64,000 bases of DNA. It comes from Felis catus. Taxonomy: Eukaryota. The DNA is taken from NCBI RefSeq assembly GCF_018350175.1, contig NC_058375.1:19530001-19594000 (forward strand), in the 5' to 3' direction. A program made the translations under genes and the position numbers. Below are positions 41,001 to 55,934 of this stretch, one piece after another; positions within the stretch are counted from its first letter, which is position 1; every line of letters begins with the position of its first letter. A model generated the notes under the pieces. It was not told the origin of the DNA. It did no database searches and saw only the letters and a program-made list of their open reading frames with translations.

Positions 41001-41760
41001 GAAAGACACACACTATACACTATGGCAGTGCTACCGGGTCCTCCCTTAAGGGACCTGGCCTCCTGTTCAATCAGGACATCAGCTCTGTGAACTGGCTTGG
41101 ATCTGGACATAGGACACAAGGCTGAGATGCTCCACGGTGACAATTCGCCTTTGGCTTCTGGCCATAAGACTTGGAGGTGTTTCTGTTATATAAGTCAGTG
41201 GTATCCATTGAATAAGTTGCTCGTCTATTTCATTGCTAGGACACTCTGATCAAAGATCCCGGCAAGTCAAAACATGCTGGTGATCATTTTATCCTGCAGT
41301 GAAAGCATCCACCTTGAGTCTGGCAATTCAGCCCTGCCACTTGGCCTCTCCTCCTCCAGGACCCCATCACCCCTAATGAAATCAGGGGAACCCATCTCAG
41401 TGATTCCTCTCCCAATATACCCCAACTGCAGAGCACATTCACCATAAAATTTTCCAAGGATCCTGGTGTTCTCACTTAGGCTTATCTCAACACGGAGGTG
41501 AAGAACTACCCTCTGAGCCCTCTTGTCGGGGGGGGGGGGGGGGTAGGGGGATGTACTCAGTGGGATTAGGGAACATATACAATTTCACATGATAAATCTT
41601 CGGCAACATTCCTATCTTCTTAGACATGAGACACATTCACCAGAGATATGCCGACATCTCAACCTCCCTAAATACACCTCATGTTTCAGTCAACTGAACA
41701 AGCAATATTAGAGCTACTTTCAGTTGCAAGAGATAACACGTTACATCTAGAATCTCTAGG
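38015..41760. mobile_element. Decayed ERVL-class LTR element pieces, interrupted by a CanSINE (38467-38670), an MLT-like LTR and an L2 (~40050-40915)
   Basis: Two related LTR-like segments (~38300-38450 and ~39500-39670, sharing ggggctctcagcag...accct.aaggagg.gaca). Reverse-strand gag/protease-like remnants (ORF track LLDIDFELMLTSGNP). Confidence 0.5.
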
Positions 41761-41812
41761 AAGCTACTTCATATCGATAAAATCAGTCTGAGCCACTGTT
41801 ATAGTCTTTCCT

Positions 41813-42004
41813 TCTTTTTTTTAATGTTTATTTTTGAAAGACAGCGTGAGCAGGGGAGGGGCAGAGAGAGAGTGGACAGAGGATCCAAAGCAGGCTCCAT
41901 GCTGACAGCAAAGAGCCCGAATGCGGGGCTTGAACCCACGAACTGTGAGATCATGACCGGAGCCAAAGTCGGACGCTTAACTGACTGAGCCACCCAGGTG
42001 CCCC
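41813..42004 (-). mobile_element. CanSINE
   Basis: TSD tagtctttcc. Confidence 0.88.
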
Positions 42005-43250
42005 TAGTCTTTCCGTCTTGACTCCCCACCAGATCTATTAAATTAGGTTCTCCAAGGACAGAGGTCTGGCATCTGTCTTGTTAGCAAGCTCCCCAGGTAA
42101 ATTTTATGTAGCCGACTGGAATCCACCAAGGAATAGCACTGGGGAGCCACTGATATAATCCACTTTCCTCCTTTTAATAGATCTGAATCTGACGCTCAAG
42201 AGAGAGCGACTTGCTCCAGACCAAGAGTGAGTTCATGTCAAAGTCAGGACCAGAACTTTGGTCTCCTGACTCCTTAATGAGAACTTCTGTTCTCTTGAGT
42301 CTGCTTCACAACAAACCTGGAAGCATTTGTTCAACATTCCTGAGAAATTAGTGCGGAGATGGGTTAGAATGGTAAGCTAACGAAGGCTTCTCATGTTCAA
42401 TGCTGCAGGCACTCTGATGATGACCCTGGTTTTGGAGAGAATGATGTTTCCTTCCAGTTTATTTTGGACGTAGGTGACTGAAAAATCAACCCAGCAGGGT
42501 TAAGCCAAAGGGAAAGGTATTGGCTTCCCCAACTGTGAAGACCACGTAGAGGTTTGCTTCAGACATGATTAGATACAAAGGCCCCACTCATCAAGGTCCA
42601 TTTTCACTGTCTCTGACTCTCAATACTGCTTCCTCTCTGCTGACGCAGTCTTCGGGCAGGCTGGACCCTCTGGGCTCTGTCTTCCCAGGTTCTTACACAG
42701 CAAAGAGGAGAGAGATTTGTCTCAACGGTCTCAGCAAAATTCCCCTTGGCTGTAATTGAGTTACATGCCCATCTTTAAATGAAGAACTGGGGCCAGAGAA
42801 ATGTGATAGGCTTTTTGACCCAAGCCTAGGTCAAGCACCCCACCCTGAGTCAAGTTTCTCCATTCTGAGAGCACAGGTGGCCAAGGTCAGGGTAGGGTGA
42901 GGGTAATTGCTGAGTGGCCAAAACCACAGAGGTTCATGGTGCTGGAAATGATGGAGAAGCTGGCAATGACTGTGAAGAAGGTGACGATTATAAACCCGTG
43001 ACGATATTAAGGTGTTAGTTACGGTGCTGTGATGATATTAGGGATGATGGTTGTAATACTCACTTTTTTGGGTATCTGCCCAGCTCTCAACCTCCACCTT
43101 TTCCGGGAATTACCCTCCTCACATACAGAAGGGTAGGTCCCCACCATTGGGTGTGTTCAATGTGACACACACCCACAGCTCTGTGCCACCCTTAGAACTG
43201 ACTAGAGGGATCCCTGCTCTTCAAAGGGGTCCCGATATCAAAATCACCTT

Positions 43251-44248
43251 GGGGCACCTGGGTGGCTCAGTGGGTTAAGCATCTGACTTCAGCTCAGGTC
43301 ATGATCTCATGGTTCGTGGGTTGGAGTCCCCCATCAGGCTCTGTGCTGACAGTGCAGAGCCTGCTAGGGATTCTCTCTCTCCCTCTCTCTCTGCCCCTCC
43401 CCTGCTCGCTCACTCTCGAAAATAAATAAACATTCTTAAAAATAAATGCAATAGTTCATCTCTAAATTTAAGTATTGCTTTAAGATTTTTATGTTGGGGG
43501 CACCTGGGTTCAAGCCCCACGTTGATGTAGAGATTGCTTAAAATAAAGTTGAGGAGCGCCTGGGTGGCACAGTCGGTTAAGCGTCCGACTTCAGCCAGGT
43601 CACGATCTCGCGGTCCGTGAGTTCGAGCCCCGCTTCGGGCTCTGGGCTGACCTCTCAGAGCCTGGAGCCTGTTTCCGATTCTGTGTCTCCCTCTCTCTCT
43701 GCCCCTCCCCCGTTCATGCTCTGTCTCTCTCTGTCCCAAAAATAAATAAACGTTGAAAAAAATTTTAAAAAAATAAATAAAATAAAATAAAATAAATAAA
43801 GTTGAGGGGCGCCTGGGCGGCTCAGTCGGTTAAGCGTCCGACTTCGGCTCAGGTCATGATCTCGCGGTCGGTGAGTTTGAGCCCCGCGTTGGGCTCTGTG
43901 CTGACCTCTCAGAGCCTGGAGCCTGTTTCAGATTCTGTGTCTCCCTCTCTCTCTGACCCTCCCCCGTTCATGCTCTGTCTCTCTCTGTCTCAAAAATAAA
44001 TAAACGTTACAAAGAAAAATTAAAAAAAATAAATAAATAAAGTTGAAAAAATAAAAAAAATAAAAATAAATGCTTGAGGGGTGCCTGGGTGGCTCAGTGG
44101 GTTAAGTGCCTGACTTTGGCTCAGGTCATGATTTCACAGTTCCTGAGTTCAAGCCCTGCGTTGTGCTCTGTGCTGACAGCTCAGAGCCTAGAGCCTGCTT
44201 TGGATTCTGTGTCTCCCTCTCTCTGTGTCTGTCCCTCCCCCGCTCATG

Positions 44249-44279
<31 letters not shown>

Positions 44280-44400
44280 ATGCGCAGTCTCGCTCTGTCT
44301 CTCTCTCTCTCTCTCTCTCTGCTCCTCACCCCCCCACCCTCTGTCTCTCTCAAAAAGAAATAAACATTAAAAATGTTTTTAAATAAATAAACATTAAAAA
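43251..44400 (+). mobile_element. Chain of five head-to-tail CanSINEs (43251, 43496, 43553, 43806, 44078)
   Basis: Five SINE heads; aaataaagttga occurs at 43541-43552, 43794-43805 and 44035-44046. Confidence 0.9.
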
Positions 44401-44548
44401 CACTAAAATTTTTATGTTCAATTCTATTTCCTACTATATCAATAGATCAAACTTTCACCAAATAGTAATGTTAAAAAAAACTAACAAGAAAACAACTGCA
44501 GAGAGGCTAGCAGGGCATTACTGCCAGTAGAACGCGAGTGATATGAAA

Positions 44549-44653
44549 CTTTTTTTTTTTTTTAACCAATCTCTACACCCAACCTGGGTCTAGAACTCAT
44601 GACCCTGAGATTGAGACTCACATGCTCTAATGACAGAACCAGCCAGGCACCCC
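44549..44653 (-). mobile_element. Short CanSINE
   Basis: Reverse tRNA-like head with T tract. Confidence 0.75.
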
Positions 44654-44929
44654 TGAAGCTTTTCACTATAGTAACATATTTAGTAACTTTGCTTAAATCA
44701 AGACAAGAAAAATAGATTTTACGGAATAAGGCTAGAAAAATTTGTGAATTACTCACATGTTTATTTTCTTACTCATCCAGTATTGTTGGCCCTTGACCAA
44801 AATACCCATACGTGTGCAATAATAATTAAATTCAGTCATGTTTGATATTTTCATGGCTTTCTCTGTGTTAAAAAGAAACACCAAGACATATTTTTCAACT
44901 TGTCATTATGAATGCTTATTTGTCAACGT

Positions 44930-45800
44930 TTGCAGGAGGATACATTTCTTGCCGCCGCGTTCCACGCGAACCCTGCCCCCGACTGCTCTCCCATGTGTGT
45001 GTTCCCTACTCGGCTAAGCGGAGACTGGATGGTTTGGGTTCCTTGCACTAGATCAAGAGGCGCCCTCGCTGAGGCCAGCGGAGGAAAGTGAGGGTGACCA
45101 GAGAAAGGCGTGGGGGCGGAGGAGGTGCCAGCAGGTGGGGAAGCGCTGCCACCCGGGGCTGCCCGCCCGTGCGTGCGTCCGGAAGACTCCGGGCTCCACC
45201 TCGAGGGAGAGCAGATCTGCCCAAGAGCCCGGGCCGCGGGTGCTGCCCTGTGGGTGCGAGTCCGCTCTGCAGGCCCGGCTCTGCCGCCTCCAAGTCGTGT
45301 GACCCTGGCCGAGTCACTTCTCCGCCTCTGCCCGCTCCCTCCCCGCACCCCCTAGGGTTTGGGAAGAAGCAGGTGTCGCGAGGAGCGCAGCGCCTCGCGC
45401 ACCGCGGACAGTAAATGGAGTTGGTTTCCTTATTCTAACCCTGGGCTGGAAGCGCTGTGCGAGCGGACAGCCTCTCTCCTACTCACTGTGTTCACTGGCA
45501 ACGCGGAGGGGCTCCACCAACAGCGTGTCATGACACCTTCCTCTCCGCGACCCCGCTGCCCTTCCCTCCCCCGGTGGGTGCTGGGCAACGGCTCTGCCCA
45601 GAGGCCGCACCCCTCGGAGGCAGAGCGGGAGCCAGGCTATTGTTGTGGCTGAGATTCTTTCCTAAACGGAAGGTCCCGAATTACAGGATAGCTGCTCTGA
45701 TCTCCGTGGGGGCGCACATGGCGCAGGGGGCCCCTCCTGTGGTGCTGGGGCCTCACCGGCGCCGTGGGCCCCTCCTGCTGGCAGCTCCTGACCCCTCCCA
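44930..45800. promoter_or_regulatory. Orphan CpG-rich island between PDIK1L and FAM110D
   Basis: Abrupt rise in GC and CpG content with GC boxes; no recognisable gene. Confidence 0.55.
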
Positions 45801-48800
45801 GAGCCCTCTCCTCTGAGCCGCCTTTTCTCAGGACCCCCCACCACCTCACGCATCTCCTCCCTTCTCGGCACCCCATCTTGTCTCTCAGCCCTCCTGAGCC
45901 TCTCCCTCCCTCTGTCCCTCTCTCCCTCTCCTCCCTCTCTCTCCCCCTCCTCCCCTCCCCTCTCCACACCCCCTGCAGTCCCCTCCCTGACACCCTGGCT
46001 CCTGCTGTTTTAGGGTCTGTAGCTTTCACCATCCCTCCCCCAACATCCCCCTCCTCCAGACCCCACCAGACATCCCACCCCTGCCAGAAATCCCTTCCAG
46101 GCCCAGATACCCCCTCTTTGAAAAACGTACCCCCCCTCTTCTCTGGCAGAACACACGTCCTCCCCTCTCCCCTGCTTTGTTCATCTCGGTCACAGAAAGA
46201 AGCGCTGCTCTGGCTGAAGTTGTGATCAGTCTGTCATGCCCCTGCCCCCCAATCCACCCCTAAACAGGCTGAGCTCCCTGAGGGCAGAAACCGGTCTGAC
46301 CCTGCTGCTGACCCCACAGCGCAGAGCAGAGTTCAGAATGATTTGTTGACAGCAGCTGAGACTGTGGGGTTAGAAACCATTTAGGCCGGAGGTGTCATTG
46401 CAGGGCAGGGGCTAAGAGGCAGATCCATCTAACATTTATGCGCACCTTGAGGCACCAGGGGCTTTCTCAGCTGCCACTTCTTTGTGCCACTCAAGACCTG
46501 GGTCTTCTCATTCCGATTTTACACAGAAGGAAACTCAGAGAGGTTGAGTTCTTGCTCCAGGCCACACAGCCAGTGAGCGGTTACACCAGGGTGAGAATCA
46601 AAGGCAGGGCTGAGGTGTGTGTGTGGCTGTGGTGAGGGGCCTGTAGCTGGCTGCTAAGGGAGGTGACAGTGTGGGCCGGGGGCCTGAGGCTGGATCTGAA
46701 GGCCTCCCAGAGCCTTCTCATTATTCCCAACACTGACCAGAGCTGCTCCCCCAGCCTCCCCCCCACCCTCTTCTCCGGAAGGAGCCAGTTCTGACTCAGC
46801 CCATTTCCAACTGATCATCAAGGTGATCCGGGAATGAGCTTGGAAGTAGGAAGGAAATATCTCTCAGATTTGGCCTCCCACAGGCCCAGGGTCCTGCCTC
46901 TAGCACCGGAAGGAGCCACTTTAAGGATGTCCCTAGGGATCCATTACCAGAAAGACAGATGATCCGTTCATGGCAAGTGTGACCCAGAGACGGGGCGGGG
47001 GCAGGCAGCTGGAGCTCCACCTCATGATCTCCCCACTCCTCACTCTCTCGCTGACTTGCAGGGCTCTTACCCAGAAGGCCAATCCAGTTTGACCTCTCCT
47101 CCACGAGCCTGCTCCGCCAGCACAGTAGAGGGTCTGTTTCCATTGGCATCCTGGGACAGGGTACTGTCACCCCTCAGACTGTGCGCTGGTGAGAGCAAGG
47201 CTACTTGACCATCCCCCACCTCGGACTCCAGAGCTGTGTCTCCCCCCTCTGACTGGGCGCTCCGAGGGCTGGGGCTGCCTCCCCCATCTGATGGAGTGCT
47301 CCTACAAACAGAGTCCCTTCTAGTCACCCTCATCAGACCAGGGGCTGCCCCGGGGCAGCCCCTGCGTTCCACTCTGAAGCCCTCATTCTGCAGTCCAGCA
47401 TCAGTCCTAGAAAAGAGCTGAGAAGCCCACTCCCCACCCCACCCCACCTGCCCTTCCCAACCCGGATGCTCCTTTAAGACCAAAGGGATGGGGGTTGTCA
47501 GACACAACAGCCCCATCCTCCCCCTCCTTCACGGGCCAGGTTTCCTGCCATTGACAGCATCCCAGCTGGGCCCTGCCCAGCCTCCACGCTTAACCCCTTC
47601 ACCACCAGATCTCAGCGCTATGGGCCAAGACTCCAACCTGCATCTATAAAATTAGGAGAAAGAAAGTACTCATTTCACTGGGTTGTTTAGAGAATTAAAC
47701 GTATTAGTCATGGCATGAAGCACACACAGAACAGTGTCCAGCATATTTTAATCTCCCAGTAAAAGTTCTTTGCCTTGTGTGAGCTTGGATCAGTCCTTTC
47801 ACATCTCTGAGTCTCGGTATTCTCAACTGTCAAATGGGGAACTAAAACCTACTACTCCCCAAAGATTGTCCGAGGGATGAACTGTGATCATGTAGATGAA
47901 AGCACTTCTCAAAGAGCCGTAATAATACAATATGGAACTATCGTGGACCAAAAAAAAAAACCCCAAAAAACAACTTCCTTTAACTAGGCGATAAAAATCT
48001 CTTACCAGCAAATGGGCCTCTGATTTTTTCAGTCTCATTACCTTACTTTACAGACAGAGGGTACAGTGGAGAGTGGTTTTGGAGTTGGGTTTTGGCAAGA
48101 TCCTGTTTCTTCATCCATCAAGTGGGATGGTCACCTCTGCTGGGGGGGGGGCACCCCCTAGGGTTTTTAGGATAGACAAAGGAGATCCAAGAGCACAGGT
48201 GTGAATGTGCTTTGCAGACATTGAAAGTTCTACAAGAGAGGGAAAGGGATTTGTGGAAAGTGGTCAGTTGAAGGAGGGCAGGGGCCCCTTGGCAGGGACA
48301 TTGACTTTTTTGCTCTGGGTGCTGCAGTTTACTGGGGAGAAGGAAAGAGGTCTCCCGGCACCAAGCACTGCGGGGACAGGGCTCCCCCTTGAGACATGAG
48401 ATGTCAGCTCTAGAAGTCCCTGGTGGGACAAGGGAGAAAGGAGACCAAAGGACCCAGGCTTGGCCCCAGAATCCTTCCTTCACCACCTCTTCCCAGCCAA
48501 TCTCATTGGCCATAAGAGGACCATGGGCAGAGGCACCTCCAATGGGCTCCAAGGTGGCTGTCTTCCCAAGACTTGCTGGGACAGGCTCACCCCGCACATC
48601 TGCGGCACCCATGCCCCCACCCTTAGGCTGCAGATTCCTGGCCTCACCCCTAGGGAGAGCAGGCTTGACACCATCCACACACCCCAATCAGGACAGGCCT
48701 AAACCTGTTACAGAGGAAACAGCACAGTCAGTTAGGACCCTGCTCTGCCTTCGCATTTAACCAAGAGGCTCTGCAAACGCCTAGCAGAGGGGACTGGCCC

Positions 48801-49119
48801 CACATGAATAGAATGTCCCTACCCCAGGCCTCTGGAGGAAGCTAGGGAATCAGGAGACCTTATCTAGGGTCCTGGCAGTGTCCCAAGCTCACTGTGCCTC
48901 CATACAAATCACTTAACCTGTCAGGGCCTGTGTGGCCAGCTGTAAAATAAAGAAGCTGGACCTGGTCCAAGGGTCCTCTCCAGCACTGAGACTGTGACCA
49001 GGAAGGAGTTAACTAGAGACCAGGCTCCTGGTCAGGAAGGCAAGGGTTAATCTGGAGGTGGGGGGGGTGGAGGCTCTCTCGCCTTTTCCTGTGGAGAGTG
49101 AGGTTTGGCTGCTACCAAA

Positions 49120-49200
49120 GTTACTTCCAGTCCTTGCTGTCCCTCCTGGCCTCCTGTGGTCCTTCCCAGGGACCCCTGCATTCAGCCTCCATACTCAGAG
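49120..49200 (+). other. FAM110D: FAM110D non-coding exon 1 (candidate)
   Basis: Near-consensus donor GAG|GTGAGT at 49200/49201, preceded by clustered GGAA (ETS) motifs. It pairs plausibly with acceptor tccctgtag|G at 51319/51320. Confidence 0.55.
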
Positions 49201-50878
49201 GTGAGTGCATCCTGAGCCCAGGCTGGGGTGGGCAGGCACTCAGGGACCCTAGAGCTGGGAGGCTGACACGAAGCCAGCGAACAAATCCCCCAGCCCATGT
49301 CCAGAGCTGAAGCCACGAGCAAAGTTCAGACCACTAACCACAGGACTGGGAGAAGGTGGGCAAACGGACGGAGGGCACCCTAATGTCTGCCAGGCTTCTA
49401 GGGTGGAACATCTGTGGTCGAGCATCAGGGCCAACCCAGGAGGCAGGGAAGAGACAGCGGATGGCAGATTATTTTGGTCCCTGTGTTTAAGGACTTTTTA
49501 TAGCCTTGCTCCTCTGGGCTGGGAAGAGGAGAAGGGGATGGGAGGATAACCATGAGGTCAGACAAGCACAGTGCCCTCCTGGGACCTTGGAATCTGACCC
49601 ATTGCCTGGTGTTATTTCTTGAGAGCTGGGAGGGAGGACACTTCCAGGCTCTCCTTGCTGCCTGAGTTCCCAGCCACCAACTACCTATGGACTGANNNNN
49701 NNNNNNNNNNNNNNNNNNNNNNNNNNNNNNNNNNNNNNNNNNNNNNNNNNNNNNNNNNNNNNNNNNNNNNNNNNNNNNNNNNNNNNNNNNNNNNNNNNNN
49801 NNNNNNNNNNNNNNNNNNNNNNNNNNNNNNNNNNNNNNNNNAACTGGCTATGCTGGGCTGGGGGGTTTGGCAGGGTCTCTGTTCCAAGGCCTCTGGGGGC
49901 GGGGACCCTCCCTCTATCCCTGGCAAGTTCTGTTCTTTTGTTGCCTCTAGACTGGAGGTCAGGTCCCCTCAGCCCCCAGAACTTATGTCTCCCTTTCAAC
50001 TGAATGGAGGATTCAGGGAGCAGGGGTGGCATGGGGTTTGCTGAGCCATGTGGGTGGCCCCCTCTGTTACTGCCAGCGGAACTGTCAGCTCTTGATTTAC
50101 AACCGCTCCAGGTCCTCTTCCCCAGTGGCCGAGGGGAGGTGGCGGACAAGGGTCACAGGGTCTCAGGATGAGAAGAGGGCCGGGACCCCGAGGGCAGATT
50201 TCCGGGAATGCTGGCCGGTTATGGGGAAGAATTTGTGGAGGGAACTTTTGAGTGAGGCAAAGGGCCCACATCTCATGGAAACTGCTTGGTTTTATAGCAG
50301 CAGGAATAGAAGCAAAACACAAGAGGGAAGTTCTGATAGGCAAGGAGAGGCGCCAGCTGGACTAGTTCTGCAGTGCGAGGTTAGAGACCCGTCTCCTAAC
50401 TCTCAGTAAGACCTGATTAAGCCCCTTGCTCTCTATCAGTTTCCTTCTCCGTGAAATGGAAACGCAGAGGTGATGTTTACAGTTGGGCACTGGGGAATTT
50501 CCTTGGCAGAGGTACAGAGGTGGCAGGTAGCTGGCTGATCTGACCTCGTGACCAGCTCTCTCTCCTTCCCCATGGCCCTGCTGGGACTGGGCAGGGCAGT
50601 TGGCTGCAATTACTGGAGGTTCCTACCCTGTAGTTATATCCCTGACCCCCAGTGCTTCAGGGAGGGAAGGGTGGGCCCTGCCAGAGCCAGCCTGTGGCTG
50701 GGGAGCCTTCTTGTCTAGGATTCAAAGTTGCTGGGTTGGGAAGAGGTATTTTTTCCGGTTGAGGCCACTTGCGGGAATTGAGCTGGGACCAGCCCCACTT
50801 CCTTTTCCAAGTGTCCTGCTTGCTGATGCTTGTTTGGCATGGCTCCGTGGCCAGATTAGGGCACCCTCAAAGGGGCAT

Positions 50879-51098
50879 TAAAAAATTTTTTTTAATGTTT
50901 TTATTTATTATTTTTGAGACAGACAGACAGAGCATGAGCAGGGGAGGGGCAGAGAGAGAGGGAGACACAGAATCCAAAGCAGGCTCCAGGCTCTGAGCTG
51001 TTAGCACAGAGCCTGACGCGGGGCTCGAACTCACGGACTGTGAGATCACGACCTGAGCCGAAGTCGGGGCTTAACCGACTGAGCCACCCAGGTGCCCC
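50879..51098 (-). mobile_element. CanSINE in the FAM110D intron
   Basis: TSD aaaggggcatt. Confidence 0.9.
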
Positions 51099-51182
51099 AA
51101 AGGGGCATTTTTTTCTGGGCGGCCAGGGAGCCCCTGCTCAACCTCTTTGAGGGATAGGAGAGCAGGGGAAGAGGTGGCCTGA

Positions 51183-52238
<1,056 letters not shown>

Positions 52239-52540
52239 TTGCGGCCGCTCGGGAGCGGGCTTCCGGGAAGTCCGGGGTCCGGGCAGGGTTAAGGGGTGGG
52301 CGCGGGGCTGGACCCGGGCACCGGAAGGGACGCCCTGCCTCTGACGCGCCGGGTGCCGTGGGGCGAGACCTTCCCTCTGGATCTGGGCTTCCCCTTGTGA
52401 ACCTTGGGAGGCTGGGACAAAATGATTCCCAAAGGCCCTTCCCAGCGCAGACGGCGGAGGGGGAGGGGGCAGCTATGTGGCCCCTGTGGAGGCCGGGTCT
52501 GGGGAGAGAGGTCTGGGGTGGGAGATCAGAGAATCTGCTG

Positions 52541-52546
52541 AATAAA
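52541..52546 (+). terminator. FAM110D: FAM110D polyadenylation signal
   Basis: AATAAA about 300 nt after the stop codon. Confidence 0.7.
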
Positions 52547-52949
52547 GCCACAATGTTATTTAAAGGAGTCGTGATGTTGGATTAGAGAGTCCATATTGAG
52601 GAAAGAGGCGGGGCGGACTTGCGTGGTTAGGTGCGTGGGTTTGGAGTGTGGGTTCCAGGCTCACTGTGTGACCCTAGGCAGACTCTTAACCTCTCCGAAT
52701 CACAGTTGCACCCCTCGGTGATCAAAGTATTTTTGAAAGGGTCCTCAAGCTCATGGCCAAGTGACTGGCGTATAGGAAATGTTCAATAAACGACAGCCGC
52801 TAAGACCGCTACTGAATTGGTAGTAACTCTATTATAATCATCTTCCCCACTGATCCTGACCTGAGTGAGGTCGGTCCAAACTAAAGCTGGGAGCCTGGAA
52901 TAGCGCGTTTGGGGAGTTCTGGCGAGGGGTCTGCCCCAAAAACCTGGGA

Positions 52950-52950
<1 letters not shown>

Positions 52951-52986
<36 letters not shown>
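52951..52986. repeat. C36 homopolymer
   Basis: 36 consecutive C. Confidence 0.9.
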
Positions 52987-52988
<2 letters not shown>

Positions 52989-53756
52989 CCTGGAAAGGCC
53001 GCCGGCATTCCTGGAGATTTGCTGCCCCCTTTTGGTTACTAGCTATGAATGGGCTGAGATGTGAAGAATCCAGAATTGAGGACAGTAAAGGAAGGGACTC
53101 TTCAAATGAGGATTTTGCCAACCAGGAGCCTCACATCCTGCCACTGTCTTCCTTTCCGTCAGAGACACACAGGGCCCCCTGTTTGCCTCACACACGTCCA
53201 CACGTCCAAGTCTTTGTTTACGGTCATCCTCCCTTTGCCTGAGTTACCTTCCCCTTTTTTTCCACTCATCCTTCTAAGATTACATATATTCATTCTCCCT
53301 CAGAAATTCCTGAATTTCCCAATCGGCCTCATCTCCTCCGAGCTCCCAAGTACAGCCTTATTTCTATGCCTCAACTTGTCACTTCGTGTGGGACCCGCTG
53401 GTAGTTTGAGTTCTTTCCTTTGTCTCTGACCTTCCTTCCCCGAGTACAGGGACTGTGCACATAAAAGGGCCACAGGCAACGTTTGTCGAATGAAAAGAGG
53501 CTGAACAGGGCGACGGGCCCTGTCCTCTGGGGCTCCTCAGCTTCCTGGAAAGTTGTAGTCTAAATGGGACACAACCTTTCCTGACACCAGGACTGTCTGG
53601 TCATTTTCTCCCTGTACGTTTTTGGGGGGAGAGGGGGAGGACGCTTTGAGCTGGACCCCGCCTTGAGGTTGCCCACCCAGAAGCAGTCATCCTTGAGGTC
53701 CGGACAAAAGCACGCGGTCACACAGGGTGTCGGGTCAGGGTCAGGGCTTTTATGGG

Positions 53757-53757
<1 letters not shown>

Positions 53758-53789
<32 letters not shown>
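53758..53789. repeat. G32 homopolymer (C32 in the C1orf232 3'UTR)
   Basis: 32 consecutive G. Confidence 0.9.
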
Positions 53790-53825
53790 CGAGGGGAAGA
53801 GCGGGCGCCTTGTTGGACCGGCCGG

Positions 53826-54311
<486 letters not shown>

Positions 54312-55494
54312 TCAGAGGCACTGGGAAAGGAGGCCGGAGTGGGACAGGGTCAGGGGATTAGGGGAGGGGTCTGAGAAGAGGGGGCCGAGACCAAGATCCC
54401 TGGGGAGAGAGTAGGTGTCGGGGGTTTAGGGAAGGAACTCGGGGAGAGGGGCAAGGCCAGAGAAGGGAAGCCTGAGGCGCCGGGTCCGGGAAGCTGTGGG
54501 AGGGGACCGGAGAGAGTGGCGGGGCCCAGCGGTGCTAGCGGGAGGAGTGAGACCCCCGCGCAGGTCCCCATCCGGGGAAGAGGCGAGGTCAGACTCTTCG
54601 AGAAAGGGTCTTTGAAGCCGGGGTTGCAGCGCTGGGGAAAGAGGCAGGGCGGGGGCGGGGGCAGGGGCAATGTTCTGGGGTGGAGGGAAAGGGGGACTAG
54701 GAAAATGAGGGAACCCTGGAGAGAAGGACAGGTGAGGAGACCCAGAGGAATGAGAAACGCCTAGATCAGAGGCTTAGCCGGGAGGAGGACTGGGGAGGTG
54801 GCATGGAGGGGAAGGGCAGTCAAGGAACGGTGATGAGGCTTGAGGTGGGAGCCTCAGGGCTAAGGAAGGGTCCTTGGAGCTCTGGGAGGGACAAGAGACG
54901 AGCGCCAGGGCACAGAAAGGAAACCCCGGAGCTGGAGAGATGGGTGGGTCAGGGGGACTGGAAGGGAGAAAGGAATAAGAGAATGTCAGAGGAAGGAGGC
55001 AGGACTGGGCTGAAGGGAAGGGCAGGGAGGCAGTGTGTGCCAAAATAGAGCTAGGAGAAAGGAGCTGGCCCGGGTACCATCCCCTAATCCCCAGCAAGAC
55101 AGCGGTCCCTAGACTAGCCTGCCTCAGGTCTTCAGGAGCCTGGCTGCAAATATAGACCCCAGGCCTCATCCTGCATCTGCTGAATCAAGAATCTTTGAAG
55201 GAGGTCTGGCAGAAATTCCCTAGGAGGATGAGGGTATTGGGAACCACTGATCTGGACCACCCTCAGTTCCAAGCGCCTAAAGTTTCTGTCTTCTGTTCCC
55301 TGATTGTAGGGGGATGACCCCTCCCATGTGGATGGGGAAAAAGAGCCCAAAATACCTCCTAGCACCTTAATCCCAACAGCCCTTAAAGTCCTCCTGAGAT
55401 CTAACCTAATCTCCAGATATGATGATTTGGCCTCTTTCCTGCTGAGAGAAACTGAAACAGCCTGTGGCTGCCTCTCCCCCTCCCTCCTTGGTCA

Positions 55495-55674
<180 letters not shown>

Positions 55675-55709
55675 CTAGGAGGAAGGGGCTGGGAGTCAGG
55701 GAAGGGTCA

Positions 55710-55934
<225 letters not shown>

